Source: Flavobacteriaceae bacterium (GTDB lineage: Bacteria > Bacteroidota > Bacteroidia > Flavobacteriales > Flavobacteriaceae). From it: a stretch of 57,859 bases of DNA. The notes beneath the pieces are model-generated. The model was not told where the DNA came from. It did not search any database and was given only the letters and a program-made list of their open reading frames with translations. The translations under genes were made by a program, and so were the position numbers. Where the stretch lies: positions 1 to 57,859 of the forward strand of contig JANQHL010000230.1 in the NCBI GenBank assembly GCA_028277085.1, written 5' to 3'. Positions 36,336 to 46,726 of this stretch are shown one piece after another; position 1 is the first letter of the stretch, and the number at the start of each line of letters is the position of its first letter.

Positions 36336-38015
36336 ATGGCCAAAGAGGAGAGATCCCTAAATTTTATAGAGCACATTATTGAGGAAGACTTGTCTAATTC
36401 GCATACAAAAACCGATTTGCGATTTCGTTTTCCACCAGAGCCTAATGGCTATTTGCATATCGGACACGCTAGTGCGATATGCCTGAATTTTGGTTTGGGC
36501 CTTCGCTATGGGGCTCCGGTAAACCTGCGCTTTGACGACACTAACCCTACAAAAGAAGAGCAGGAATATGTCGATGCCATAAAAAGGGATGTGAAATGGC
36601 TGGGGTTTGAGTGGGCCAACGAGTGTTATGCCTCTGATTATTTCCAACAATTGTACAACTGGGCCCTTGAGCTGATCAAATCGGGTAAAGCCTATGTAGA
36701 TAGCCAATCCTCAGAGGAAATGGCAAAACAAAAAGGCACCCCAACCGAACCGGGAACAAACAGTCCCTTCCGTGATCGCTCGGTTGAAGAAAACCTAAAA
36801 TTGTTCGAAGGCATGAAGAACGGAGAATTTGGTGAAGGAGAACATGTACTTCGGGCCAAAATCGATATGGCTTCACCGAATATGTTGATGCGAGATCCCA
36901 TTATGTACCGTGTGCTGCACAGGGCACACCACCGCACAAATACCGATTGGTGTATTTATCCGTTATACGATTGGACACACGGGGAGAGTGACTATATAGA
37001 ACAAGTTTCTCACTCGCTCTGCACCTTAGAGTTTCTGCCACATCGGGAGCTCTACGATTGGTTTTTAGACCAAGTGGTATCTTCTGATTTGCTACGTCCA
37101 AAACAACGGGAATTCGCGCGAAGAAACCTAAGCCATACTGTAGTCAGTAAACGTAAACTTCTCAAATTAGTGGAAGAAGGACATGTCTCCGGGTGGGATG
37201 ATCCGAGAATGCCTACGATATCCGGGATGCGAAGAAGAGGCTATACACCCGAGGCGATTCGGAATTTTGTGGACACTATTGGAATTGCCAAACGGGATAA
37301 TGTAGTGGATGTTTCCCTATTGGAGTTCCACGTGCGGGACCATTTGAACAAAGTTGCGCCTAGAATTATGGCAGTTTTGGATCCGTTAAAAGTGGTAATC
37401 ACCAATTATCGGGATGGGGAGGAAGAATGGCTGGAAGCGGAGAATAATCCTGAAGATCCTAATGCCGGATATAGAAAGGTACCCTTTGGAAAGGAGCTTT
37501 ATATTGAGCGGGAGGACTTTAGGGAAGAAGCGAATAGGAAGTTTTTCAGATTAAAACTTGGTGGGGAAGTCCGCCTAAAAAATGGCTACATCATAAAAGC
37601 GGAAAGTTGTACAAAGGATAATGAAGGGAACATTATAGAAGTGCAATGCACTTATGACCCAAAAAGTAAAAGTGGTAGCGGTACAGAAGAGAGTTTGCGA
37701 AAGGTAAAAGGAACGCTGCATTGGGTGGCTATTGCTCACGCCATTAAAGCGGAAGTTCGATTATACGACAGGCTTTTTACGGATCCGACACCGGACGGAC
37801 ACAAAGACAAGGATTTCATGGAGTTTGTAAATCCCGATTCTTTGCAAACGGTTACCGGATTTTTGGAACCTAGTGTAAGGGAAGCTAAAGCAGGAGACCG
37901 TTTTCAATTTCAGCGCCTTGGCTATTTTAATGTGGACACAGACACGAAACCAGGGGAGCTAGTATTCAATCGAACCGTTCCGTTACGGGATACCTGGGAG
38001 AAGATGAAAGAATAA
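36336..38015 (+). CDS. glnS: Glutamine--tRNA ligase
   Basis: RFPPEPNGYLHIGH, LRFDDTNP, VVSKRKL, GWDDPRMPT and FQFQRLGYF. Confidence 0.96.
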   Translation: MAKEERSLNFIEHIIEEDLSNSHTKTDLRFRFPPEPNGYLHIGHASAICLNFGLGLRYGAPVNLRFDDTNPTKEEQEYVDAIKRDVKWLGFEWANECYASDYFQQLYNWALELIKSGKAYVDSQSSEEMAKQKGTPTEPGTNSPFRDRSVEENLKLFEGMKNGEFGEGEHVLRAKIDMASPNMLMRDPIMYRVLHRAHHRTNTDWCIYPLYDWTHGESDYIEQVSHSLCTLEFLPHRELYDWFLDQVVSSDLLRPKQREFARRNLSHTVVSKRKLLKLVEEGHVSGWDDPRMPTISGMRRRGYTPEAIRNFVDTIGIAKRDNVVDVSLLEFHVRDHLNKVAPRIMAVLDPLKVVITNYRDGEEEWLEAENNPEDPNAGYRKVPFGKELYIEREDFREEANRKFFRLKLGGEVRLKNGYIIKAESCTKDNEGNIIEVQCTYDPKSKSGSGTEESLRKVKGTLHWVAIAHAIKAEVRLYDRLFTDPTPDGHKDKDFMEFVNPDSLQTVTGFLEPSVREAKAGDRFQFQRLGYFNVDTDTKPGELVFNRTVPLRDTWEKMKE

Positions 38016-38063
38016 AAGTTTATTTACCACGTTGGACTTACTAGAGTTACACAACCAATACTT

Positions 38064-39737
38064 ATGAAAAAACTTTCTTCTTTGCTATTTCTGCTATTCC
38101 TAGTGGCTTGTTCAAATACCGGCAACGAAAATAGTGAGCAAGACATGGAAGAGGCATCTTCTGATCCCATTCTTTCAGTTAACAATTTGGACGATCAATC
38201 TACTATTGAAACCTATACGGACATTGAGGTGTCAGTTTCTTCGCATTCCGAGGTTATTACAAGAATATATATTAATGATCAGGAGATTTTTGAAACGGAT
38301 GATCAGGAGTTTACATATCGTTTAAATCCTTATAATATTCCCGTCGGGACTACAACAATTCGTTTTGTTTCTTCTAGTGCTGACAATACTACGGTAGAGG
38401 AGGCCTTTACTATTGATGTAAAGCATTTATTATTTACTACGGAAATAGCAGATGATCAAATTGATAGTATTAATACTATTTGGGATATGGTACATACCCT
38501 AGAGGGAAAATTATTGGCTGTAGAAAAAATGGTTTCCGGACTTAACAAGTTGTATAGTGAGGATATTGTAGAAGGGGAGGAGATATATTATTCCAGAGTG
38601 TACTGCGAAAACAATGATGCGCAGTTCCGCAGAATTGGAACAGCGTACACCTACACTTTGGAATTGGGCGCACATAGAAATATTAGGGATAGGGAGCGCA
38701 CAGATTTACCCAACAGCAATAGATTTACCCTTACTGTTAATGGGTTGCCGGAATCTGAATTTATTGCCTACGTCGAAGCAAGCGGAACAACATATGCCAC
38801 CAATACTTTTGGTTCAGGTTCAAATGGAACTTCGTGGGAGGTAACTGCTGAAACGGGCTTTGAAAATAATACGAACAAGTTATTTTATACCAATCAATCG
38901 TATTTGGTTAGTGTGGAAAACGGGGGAACAGGAAGAAAAGAAGATTACAAATATTTGGTTATTGAAAACCCACAGGACCAGGCCAATATTGTTGTTCAAG
39001 ACCAAGATTTTAATAGTTCATTTTCTAGTTTTCGATTGGATCTACCCCCCGGAATGACCTTTTACAGTATTGGTAGATACGGATTCGAAACAGCTGATGA
39101 TTTACGCCTTGAAACCTATAATAACCATAGAGTTTTTAGCCATGCCAATGCTTACATAGAATATGTTGACTTGCCTATTTTGGACATGTTCGAACATTAT
39201 AGGAATTACGTTAATTATTTGGACCCGGCAACCAATTATATAAATACGTTTATCACATTTGGGAACGAGGTGGCGATGAATAGTATAGCTGGGGAAATTA
39301 CTTTTGCTTCTGAGGAGAAGTCAATAAGAATTTCAACTTCAGCCCTGGACACAGATGCGTTACGTATCGCTTATGGGGGAATAGTAGATGATAATGGAGA
39401 TGATTATTGGGATGGTTTTAATTGGTATTATAGATTGGACCCTAGAAAAGGGGAGCAAAATCAAGTTGTGCTAAGTCTTCCACAAATAATTAATGACGAA
39501 TTTGATAATGGTTTCCTTTTTGAACGGGAACTTGAATTAGAATATGTGGATGTTATTGACTATGAAAAAATCGAAGATTTTGATGATTTCATATTTACAT
39601 TCATTCTGGAAAAAAGAGCGGATCCATTGGAAAATGGGTATCGCATGAAATCATTGTCCAACAATGCTGACCTTAGTAATAAGCAATTGGAAAAGGGGAA
39701 CTCTGAAAAACGAGTTCATGGGTCAACTTTTGAATAA
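38064..39737 (+). CDS. Hypothetical acidic lipoprotein with N-terminal Ig-like domain
   Basis: Lipobox FLVAC followed by an acidic stretch; 'IYINDQEI...FTYRLNP..IPVG...I' Ig-like segment; remainder beta-rich and unrecognised. Confidence 0.7.
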   Translation: MKKLSSLLFLLFLVACSNTGNENSEQDMEEASSDPILSVNNLDDQSTIETYTDIEVSVSSHSEVITRIYINDQEIFETDDQEFTYRLNPYNIPVGTTTIRFVSSSADNTTVEEAFTIDVKHLLFTTEIADDQIDSINTIWDMVHTLEGKLLAVEKMVSGLNKLYSEDIVEGEEIYYSRVYCENNDAQFRRIGTAYTYTLELGAHRNIRDRERTDLPNSNRFTLTVNGLPESEFIAYVEASGTTYATNTFGSGSNGTSWEVTAETGFENNTNKLFYTNQSYLVSVENGGTGRKEDYKYLVIENPQDQANIVVQDQDFNSSFSSFRLDLPPGMTFYSIGRYGFETADDLRLETYNNHRVFSHANAYIEYVDLPILDMFEHYRNYVNYLDPATNYINTFITFGNEVAMNSIAGEITFASEEKSIRISTSALDTDALRIAYGGIVDDNGDDYWDGFNWYYRLDPRKGEQNQVVLSLPQIINDEFDNGFLFERELELEYVDVIDYEKIEDFDDFIFTFILEKRADPLENGYRMKSLSNNADLSNKQLEKGNSEKRVHGSTFE

Positions 39738-39987
39738 GGAAAGTCTAAAAAAGTTTTCATTCATCTGGGGCAAACTACGAGAATCAACTTTGGGAAGCCC
39801 ATTACGGTTTATTGTGCTAGCTCATCTGGGGTGTAATCTCACCTATAAGCAGTGGTTATTCCAAAGGATAAAAACAATCGGTATTTTCTATCAAAAGTGC
39901 AAGGTTTTTCTTGGGTTTGAGCGCCTTTCTTTTGTTGGGAGGTACTTAGCTATAGCCACTACTTCAAAATGGCGATACAGGGACTTA

Positions 39988-40018
39988 AATAAAAAATCCC
40001 CGGCGGAACCAGGGATGT
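39988..40018 (-). terminator. Probable intrinsic terminator of the SPFH gene
   Basis: Minus strand ATCCCTGG-TTCCG-CCGGGGAT (one G-U pair) followed by TTTTTATT. Confidence 0.65.
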
Positions 40019-40042
40019 ATCACTTCATTTTCGGGAAATGGC

Positions 40043-40981
40043 CTAAGTGGGATCTTCATTTCTCTTTTTTCGACTCTGTGTTTTCATAGCCTCGCCAATT
40101 TGATTGCTAGCTGTGAAGGAGGCCACCATATTGTTGAGCATATCACTTCCGGCTTGTGGCGAGTTGGGCAACAGTATTAAATTGGTATTGGTTTCTTCAC
40201 CTATGGCCTGTAGGGTATCGTAATGTTGCGTAACCACAATGAGCGCAGAGGCTTCCTGTGAGTTAATGCCTACCTTGTTAAGGACTTCAACAGATTCTTC
40301 GAGTCCACGGGCAATTTCACGTCGTTGGTCTGCGATACCCTGGCCTTGTAAACGCTTGCTCTCCGCCTCCGCCTTGGCTTTCTCTACAATTAGGATTCGG
40401 GCAGCGTCTCCTTCAAATTGTGCTGCAATCTTCTCACGTTCCGAAGCGTTGATTCGGTTCATGGCTGCTTTTACCTGGGCGTCGGGGTCAATATCCGTTA
40501 CGAGGGTTTTGATAATATCATAGCCATATTCTGACATGTATTCTTGAAGTTCCCGTTTTACTGCAATGGCGATATCGTCTTTTTTTACAAAGACATCATC
40601 CAATTTCATTTTGGGAACCTCTGCTCGTACCACATCGAAAACAAACGAGGTAATCTGGTCATGGGGATATTCCAATTTATAAAAAGCATCGTATACTTTG
40701 TCCCGTATTACAACGTATTGTACCGACACCTTTAATTTCACAAAAACATCATCTAGCGTTTTAGTTTCGACAATAACATCGAGCTGCTGAATCTTTAAGC
40801 TGAGTCTGCCCGAAATCCGGTCTACAAGAGGAATTTTCATTTGTAGGCCGGAATTTCTGATGCTGTTGAACCGACCAAAGCGTTCCACAACCACGGCGGT
40901 CTGTTGTTTTACGATAAAAAAGGAGGCAAATAATAAAATTAGTGCGAAAAAAATGATTGGTATTAAAAGGAAGGTACCCAT
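40043..40981 (-). CDS. SPFH/band-7 domain membrane protein
   Basis: N-terminal TM, VVERFGRF, TKTLDDVFV, LVTDIDPD and AEAESKRLQGQG. Start moved to the ATG at 40981. Confidence 0.92.
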   Translation of the reverse strand: MGTFLLIPIIFFALILLFASFFIVKQQTAVVVERFGRFNSIRNSGLQMKIPLVDRISGRLSLKIQQLDVIVETKTLDDVFVKLKVSVQYVVIRDKVYDAFYKLEYPHDQITSFVFDVVRAEVPKMKLDDVFVKKDDIAIAVKRELQEYMSEYGYDIIKTLVTDIDPDAQVKAAMNRINASEREKIAAQFEGDAARILIVEKAKAEAESKRLQGQGIADQRREIARGLEESVEVLNKVGINSQEASALIVVTQHYDTLQAIGEETNTNLILLPNSPQAGSDMLNNMVASFTASNQIGEAMKTQSRKKRNEDPT

Positions 40982-41246
40982 AGTGTGCGTGTTATAATGT
41001 TGAAAAAGGAAATTACAAAAGTCTAAGGAGAATATAGGTCGCAGACTTTTATATTTTGTTACACGTTGCGTTGCTTTCAACCTTCTGTATCACTAGGATG
41101 CTCTAGGAGTATAAGCTGCAATTATAAGCTGGATAGTAGCAATGAAAGTAGGTCCTTCTATTGGGCAGTGTCTAGGCAAATAGGGGAGTTCAAAAGGGAA
41201 TAGTATTAACATATACCTGGAGCCGAGCTGGAGGGAAATTGTAAAT

Positions 41247-42743
41247 TCAGGAAAGTAGGGCTAATGCGGTACGGATTCTGGAGATACACTCTTCCTTACC
41301 TAATAGGGTCATGATGTCAAACAAATGCGGGCCCTTCAGATCGCCAACAATTATGAGACGTAAAGGGGGCATTACCTTTCCGAAAGAAAGGCCTTGTTCC
41401 TCAATCCAGGATGTAATCGTCAGTTCCACATGAGTTGAGGAGAAATCGTCAATAGCTTCCAGGACGGTTATGATTTGCTTCATTATTTCAGGAGTATTCT
41501 CCTTCCATTGCTTTTTCACTGCTCTTTCCGGAAAATCCGAGGGTGGAACAAAAAAATAGGATCCAAGTGACCAAAGATCTTCAGGGAAATCTGCCCGTTC
41601 CTTTATTAAGGAAATTACTTTTTCCAAATAGCTGTCATTCGCAAGTGTGGCAGGAATTGCCTCCTTTTTCAAGAATTGAGCCAGCTCTAGATCTGGTTGT
41701 CGCTGTAGCCATTGGTGATTGTACCATTTAGTTTTTTCGGGATCAAAGCGTGCGCCAGATTTATTAACACGTTCAAGAGAAAAGGCGTCTATTAATTCTT
41801 CAATAGAAAAAAGTTCTTGTTCGGTGCCCGGGTTCCAGCCCAAAAAAGCCAAAAAATTGACCACGGCTTCAGGAAAATAGCCGGCTTCCTTGTAGCCCTG
41901 GGAGTTGTCCCAGTTTAGTGGGAATATGGGAAAGCCTCCTTTTTCTCCATCCCGTTTGCTTAATTTCCCTTTTCCCGTAGGTTTAAGAATGAGAGGTAGG
42001 TGCGCAAATATGGGTTTTTCCCATCCAAAAGCATTATATAAAAGGTTGTGGAGCGCTAAGGAGGGCAACCATTCTTCACCGCGAATAACATGAGAGATTT
42101 CCATAAGATGGTCATCTACAACGTTGGCCAAATGATAGGTTGGCATACCATCGCTTTTGAAAAGGATCTTATCGTCCAGAATATTGGTGTCAATGGTGAT
42201 TTCACCGCGAACCACATCGTACAAGGTGAGTATTTCGTTTTGAGGGGATTTAAATCGGATCACATAATCTTCTTCGATGCTGAGCTTTTGTTGCACTTCT
42301 TCTGTCGAAAGCGAAAGGGAATTTGTAAGCTTTAAGCGATTGTGCCAGTTGTAGATAAAGGTTTTGCCCTTGGCTTCATGATCTTTTCTGTGGAAATCCA
42401 GAGTTTCGGAAGTATCAAAAGCATAGTAGGCGTGTCCTTTTGCAATCAAATTTTCCGCATATTCTTTGTAGAGTGCCTTACGCTCGCTCTGCCGGTACGG
42501 GCCATAAGAAGAGGGTTTAGTAGGACTTTCGTCGTGAGTAATACCGCACCACTCTAGTGCTTCGATTATATATTCTTCGGCCCCGGCGACATAGCGATTT
42601 TGATCGGTATCCTCAATGCGTAAAACAAACTTGCCATTGTGTTTCCTTGCAAACAAATAATTGAAAAGTGCGGTGCGAACACCACCAATGTGTAGGGGTC
42701 CTGTGGGACTAGGCGCAAAGCGAACGCGTACTTTTTCTTTCAC
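41247..42743 (-). CDS. gltX: Glutamate--tRNA ligase
   Basis: RFAPSPTGPLHIGG, LRIEDTD, HVIRGEEW and KLSKR; GTG start. Confidence 0.96.
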   Translation of the reverse strand: MKEKVRVRFAPSPTGPLHIGGVRTALFNYLFARKHNGKFVLRIEDTDQNRYVAGAEEYIIEALEWCGITHDESPTKPSSYGPYRQSERKALYKEYAENLIAKGHAYYAFDTSETLDFHRKDHEAKGKTFIYNWHNRLKLTNSLSLSTEEVQQKLSIEEDYVIRFKSPQNEILTLYDVVRGEITIDTNILDDKILFKSDGMPTYHLANVVDDHLMEISHVIRGEEWLPSLALHNLLYNAFGWEKPIFAHLPLILKPTGKGKLSKRDGEKGGFPIFPLNWDNSQGYKEAGYFPEAVVNFLAFLGWNPGTEQELFSIEELIDAFSLERVNKSGARFDPEKTKWYNHQWLQRQPDLELAQFLKKEAIPATLANDSYLEKVISLIKERADFPEDLWSLGSYFFVPPSDFPERAVKKQWKENTPEIMKQIITVLEAIDDFSSTHVELTITSWIEEQGLSFGKVMPPLRLIIVGDLKGPHLFDIMTLLGKEECISRIRTALALLS

Positions 42744-42760
42744 TTTTGACGTTTGATTTA

Positions 42761-42768
42761 CAAATATA
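42761..42768 (-). promoter_or_regulatory. -7 promoter element for gltX
   Basis: TATATTTG on the minus strand, 17 nt upstream of the GTG start. Confidence 0.65.
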
Positions 42769-42883
42769 GCCGAAGCGCCGAAGTGAAAATCGTTGTTTTT
42801 AAATTATCCTTCCACGATTTAACATAAAATTGGAACCGGATATTTCAGGTTATGGCTATTTTGGAATAAATAATAACGGTCTA

Positions 42884-45800
42884 TTGGGTAGCTTTGAACA
42901 TATTGTAAGAAAGTTAGAGGAGTTTACCAGGAAATACTATACCAAGTTGCTGGTTAAGGGATTGCTACTGTTTATTACCTGGAGCACCTTACTTTTTCTT
43001 TTGATCACAGGAGTTGAATATTTTTTTTGGCTCGGATCTGTGGGTAGACTCATCCTGCTTTTGGTTCTCGTAGTATTAGGACTGCTTTTAGCATACTTCT
43101 ATTTACTGGTGCCAATACTGTATCTCCTAAAAATTAAAAAAGGCATTAGTGCGAAAGATGCCTCCAGGTTAATAGGGAAGCATTTTCCCGCAGTAGGCGA
43201 TAAATTGCAAAATCTGCTGGAGTTGAAGCAGATTCCTGGTGGGTCAGATCTTTTACTGGCGGCAATTGAACAACGTTCCCGGGAAATGCGACCGGTTTCC
43301 TTTAAAGAGGCGGTTAAATTTCGTGAATCATATACCTATTTCAAATATTTATTAGTGCCCTTGGTGGTACTGGGCCTGATATGGATTTCTGGAAGTGTAT
43401 CGGATTTTTTCAAGTCTTATGAAAGGGTGGTACACTATGATTTGGCATATACGCCACCAGCCCCTTTTGTTTTCGAATTAAGGAATGAAAGCCTGACTAT
43501 TCTTGAAGGGGAGCCATTGACGGTTACCGTTACAACAGAAGGGGATATTCGACCGCAAGGCATAGAAATCCTTGTAGGGGGTAAACGGTTAACCATGCAA
43601 CAGTCCGGAGGGGTATATGAATACACGATGCAGGCGATTACCGAGGGGTTTACCTTTTACTTCTTGGCCAATGAGGTACGATCAAGAGATTATGAAGTTC
43701 GGGTTATTCGAATCCCAGTAATCACCAACTTCGTAATGTACCTGGACTATCCGGGCTACTTGGATCGAAGCGATAAGGAGATCACCGGTACTGGGAATGC
43801 GAGGGTTCCGGAAGGTACTCGAATAAGTTGGAAGCTTAAGGGGATCAATACCAGTAAGGTGGACTTCGTTGAGGGGGATAGTGTTGTGGAATTTGAGAAA
43901 AGGGAAAGCGGATTTCTTTTAACAAAACCGGTATTCAATGATTTGACCTATACGTTGTCGACTTCTAACGAACGCGTTCAGGATTTCGAAAAGCTTACGT
44001 ATAACCTTAAGGTTATCAAGGACGAATCGCCGGCATTAAAGGTTACGCAGCAATTGGATTCACTGAACCCAAACCTATCGTTTTATGAGGGTTTGGGATC
44101 AGACGATTACGGTATAGCCGAGATTACCATGAGTTATTATCCCATTGGTGAACCGGAAGAGGTTAAGCAAATGAAGCTTATGATACCGGAATCCACGGTA
44201 CAACAGTTTTACTACACCTTTCCTACAGGCCTGGCTATTGAGCCAGGTAAGGAGTACGAATTGTATTTTGAGATTAGGGATAATGATCCTTTTAGGGGGG
44301 GCAAGGTAACGCGTAGCCAAGTGTTTAGGACCTCGGTTTTGGACGATAATCAATTGGAGGAGAGGAGGTTAGAAAACCAGGAGGATTTAATTAAGGGCCT
44401 AAGTGATACTTTGAAAGAGCAGCGGGAACAACAGGAGCAATTGGATAAACTCAATGACCAACAACGGCAAAACTCAAAATTGGACTTCAGTGGGCAACAA
44501 AAGATAAAGGAGTATCTGAAGCGGCAACAATTACGGGAGAGTATGATGGAAAAATTTACCCGGGAACTTAAGGAAAACATAGCAAAAAGGGAGGGGCAGT
44601 CTGAGATGGATGAATTGTTGCTGGAACGGTTGGCACGCCAGGAAATGGAGGCTAAGAAGAATCAGGAATTGTTGGAGAAGTTGAATGAGGTAGCCAGCAA
44701 AATTGAGCAAGAAAAATTGCAAAAGAAGTTGGAGGAACTTGCAAAGTCACAAAGCTCTAATGTACGTAATTTGGAGCAGTTGGTGGAGTTGACCAAGCGG
44801 TATTATGTTACGGAAAAGGCCGCTCAATTGGCGCAGCAGCTAAAGGAATTAGCTGAGGAACAGGAGAAGCTTTCGGATGAGGAAATAAATAAAGAGTATA
44901 CGGAGGAGCAGCAGAATGCTTTGAATGAACAGTACGAGGTATTGGAGAAGGCCCTGGAAGAGCTTAAGCGAGACAACGAAGACCTTAAGAAACCTTTGGA
45001 TCTTGGCATAGAAGAGGGTAAGGAAAAATCAATTGCTGAGGATCAAAAGGAAGCCCTTGAGGAGATCAGGAAGCATCAAAGCATAGAGGAAACGGGCATG
45101 GCGCAGGAGCGGAAAGAAGCGGCTAATAAGGCCTCGGATAGACAAAAATCAGCGGCGTCAAAGATGAAGGAGCTTTCCGAACAAATGCAGGAAGGCGCAA
45201 ACCCCGGGGCAGGAGGTTCTTCTATTACGGAAGATGCTGAAATGCTACGACAGATATTGGATAATCTTTTGGTGTTTTCCTTTGAACAGGAACAGCTGTT
45301 CAACACCGTAGAGGAAGATGGTATGGAGTTGCGGGAGTTTTCGGGAACTATAAAGAAGCAAAAGGAACTGCAAGGGCTGTTTGGACACATTGATGATAGT
45401 TTGTTTGCGCTGTCATTGCGGAGAGCTGAGCTTGCGGAATTTGTGAATGAACAGATCACAGAGGTATATTATAATATGGATAAATCCCTGGAGGGCATAG
45501 CGGAAAATCAGATCTACCAGGCTGCTTCGTATCAGCAATATACCTTCACTGCGGCTAACGCACTGGCGGAGTTTTTGGCTGATATTTTAGATAATATGCA
45601 GCAAAGTATGATGTCGGGAAAAGGTCAGGGACAGGGCGAGGGTTTCCAACTTCCGGATATTATAAAAAGCCAACAACAATTGCAGGAAAAGATGGAAGGA
45701 GGACAGGGTTCATCGAAAGGCGAGGAATCAGGACAAGGCAATGAAGGGGAAAAAGGACAGGAGCAATCAGGCACTAAAGGTAGAAATGGTTCCGATACTG

Positions 45801-46309
45801 AGGGAGATGGAGATCAGGGCAAAGAAAAGGGAAAAACACCACAAGGACAGGATGGAGGTCAAGGGGCTAGTGGTGATGGTTTTTCGGAAGAGCAGCTAAA
45901 AGAGATATATGAAATCTATAAGGAACAGCAAACCATACGGGAACAGCTTGAGGAACAGTTGAAAAACATTATTGATGAAGATAAACGCGGACTGGCTAAA
46001 AAACTGACATTGGAGATGGAGCGTTTTGAACAGGAGTTGCTTGAGAATGGTATTACAAGGAGGACTATTGATCGGATGAATCGGATACAACATCAGCTGC
46101 TGAAACTCGAAAATGCGGCGATGAAACAGGGGGAACGAAAGGAAAGAGAAAGTAATAGTGCAAACGGGGAGTTTGGAAATCCGGTATTGACGAAACCGGA
46201 GTTATTAAAGAATAGGAAATCAACTATTGAGATTTTAAATCGTCAAGCCTTACCTTTGCAGCCGCGTTATCAGGATAAAGTGAAGCGGTACTTCAAGAAT
46301 GGCTATTAA
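42884..46309 (+). CDS. DUF4175-like membrane protein (TM helices, Ig-like region, long coiled coil, G/Q-rich linker)
   Basis: Three N-terminal TMs, DDYG and IRDND motifs, E/Q/K-rich heptads, ends 'Y..KVKRYF'. The TTG start at 42884 is inferred; the ORF is open from 42830. Confidence 0.75.
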   Translation: MGSFEHIVRKLEEFTRKYYTKLLVKGLLLFITWSTLLFLLITGVEYFFWLGSVGRLILLLVLVVLGLLLAYFYLLVPILYLLKIKKGISAKDASRLIGKHFPAVGDKLQNLLELKQIPGGSDLLLAAIEQRSREMRPVSFKEAVKFRESYTYFKYLLVPLVVLGLIWISGSVSDFFKSYERVVHYDLAYTPPAPFVFELRNESLTILEGEPLTVTVTTEGDIRPQGIEILVGGKRLTMQQSGGVYEYTMQAITEGFTFYFLANEVRSRDYEVRVIRIPVITNFVMYLDYPGYLDRSDKEITGTGNARVPEGTRISWKLKGINTSKVDFVEGDSVVEFEKRESGFLLTKPVFNDLTYTLSTSNERVQDFEKLTYNLKVIKDESPALKVTQQLDSLNPNLSFYEGLGSDDYGIAEITMSYYPIGEPEEVKQMKLMIPESTVQQFYYTFPTGLAIEPGKEYELYFEIRDNDPFRGGKVTRSQVFRTSVLDDNQLEERRLENQEDLIKGLSDTLKEQREQQEQLDKLNDQQRQNSKLDFSGQQKIKEYLKRQQLRESMMEKFTRELKENIAKREGQSEMDELLLERLARQEMEAKKNQELLEKLNEVASKIEQEKLQKKLEELAKSQSSNVRNLEQLVELTKRYYVTEKAAQLAQQLKELAEEQEKLSDEEINKEYTEEQQNALNEQYEVLEKALEELKRDNEDLKKPLDLGIEEGKEKSIAEDQKEALEEIRKHQSIEETGMAQERKEAANKASDRQKSAASKMKELSEQMQEGANPGAGGSSITEDAEMLRQILDNLLVFSFEQEQLFNTVEEDGMELREFSGTIKKQKELQGLFGHIDDSLFALSLRRAELAEFVNEQITEVYYNMDKSLEGIAENQIYQAASYQQYTFTAANALAEFLADILDNMQQSMMSGKGQGQGEGFQLPDIIKSQQQLQEKMEGGQGSSKGEESGQGNEGEKGQEQSGTKGRNGSDTEGDGDQGKEKGKTPQGQDGGQGASGDGFSEEQLKEIYEIYKEQQTIREQLEEQLKNIIDEDKRGLAKKLTLEMERFEQELLENGITRRTIDRMNRIQHQLLKLENAAMKQGERKERESNSANGEFGNPVLTKPELLKNRKSTIEILNRQALPLQPRYQDKVKRYFKNGY

Positions 46310-46721
46310 TTTTCATTTTGAAGGAAATTTTAAACTCCACGGTAAAAAAGAGTATGCCGATTGGTTAGATAGAGTATTGTCCTCCGAAGGTAAAACTGCC
46401 TACGAGTTGGATTATGTTTTTTGTAATGATGAGTACCTGGCGGAAATCAATCTGAAGTACTTAGGGCACGACACCTATACGGATATAGTGACCTTTGACT
46501 ATTCTGATACGGGTACCCTGAAGGGAGATGTTTTTATCTCAACAGATAGGGTCAGGGAAAACGCAAAACTATTCGAAGTGCCTTTCGAGGAGGAATTGAT
46601 GCGGGTAATGGCACACGGAGTGTTGCATCTGGTGGGTTATAATGATAAGACAGATGAAGACCGCAAGGAAATGAGGGTCAGGGAAAATGAAAAGATACAA
46701 ATGTTCCACGTGGAACCTTAG
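46299..46721 (+). CDS. ybeY: rRNA maturation endoribonuclease YbeY
   Basis: N.KYL.HD..TDIVTF, GDVFIS and HGVLHLVGYND. Confidence 0.95.
   Translation: MAINFHFEGNFKLHGKKEYADWLDRVLSSEGKTAYELDYVFCNDEYLAEINLKYLGHDTYTDIVTFDYSDTGTLKGDVFISTDRVRENAKLFEVPFEEELMRVMAHGVLHLVGYNDKTDEDRKEMRVRENEKIQMFHVEP
46702..46717. promoter_or_regulatory. parS site within the ybeY 3' end
   Basis: TGTTCCACGTGGAACC; matches the TGTTNCACGTGNAACA parS consensus with one terminal mismatch. Confidence 0.85.
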
Positions 46722-46726
46722 ACAAG

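Noticed and set aside
37324-37339. AGTTCCACGTGCGGGA-like parS half-site in glnS
   Set aside because: Only the left half matches; the right arm has several mismatches.
39664-40089. 141-aa + strand ORF between the lipoprotein and SPFH genes
   Set aside because: It overlaps both neighbours, runs through a terminator hairpin and has no recognisable protein features.
41110-41131. Direct repeat TATAAGCTG x2 between gltX and SPFH
   Set aside because: Two 9-mers with no other copies or context; it cannot be told from chance.
45615-45880. G/Q-rich stretch in the DUF4175-like gene as a collagen or tandem repeat
   Set aside because: No sustained Gly-X-Y period or DNA-level tandem unit; it is a low-complexity linker.
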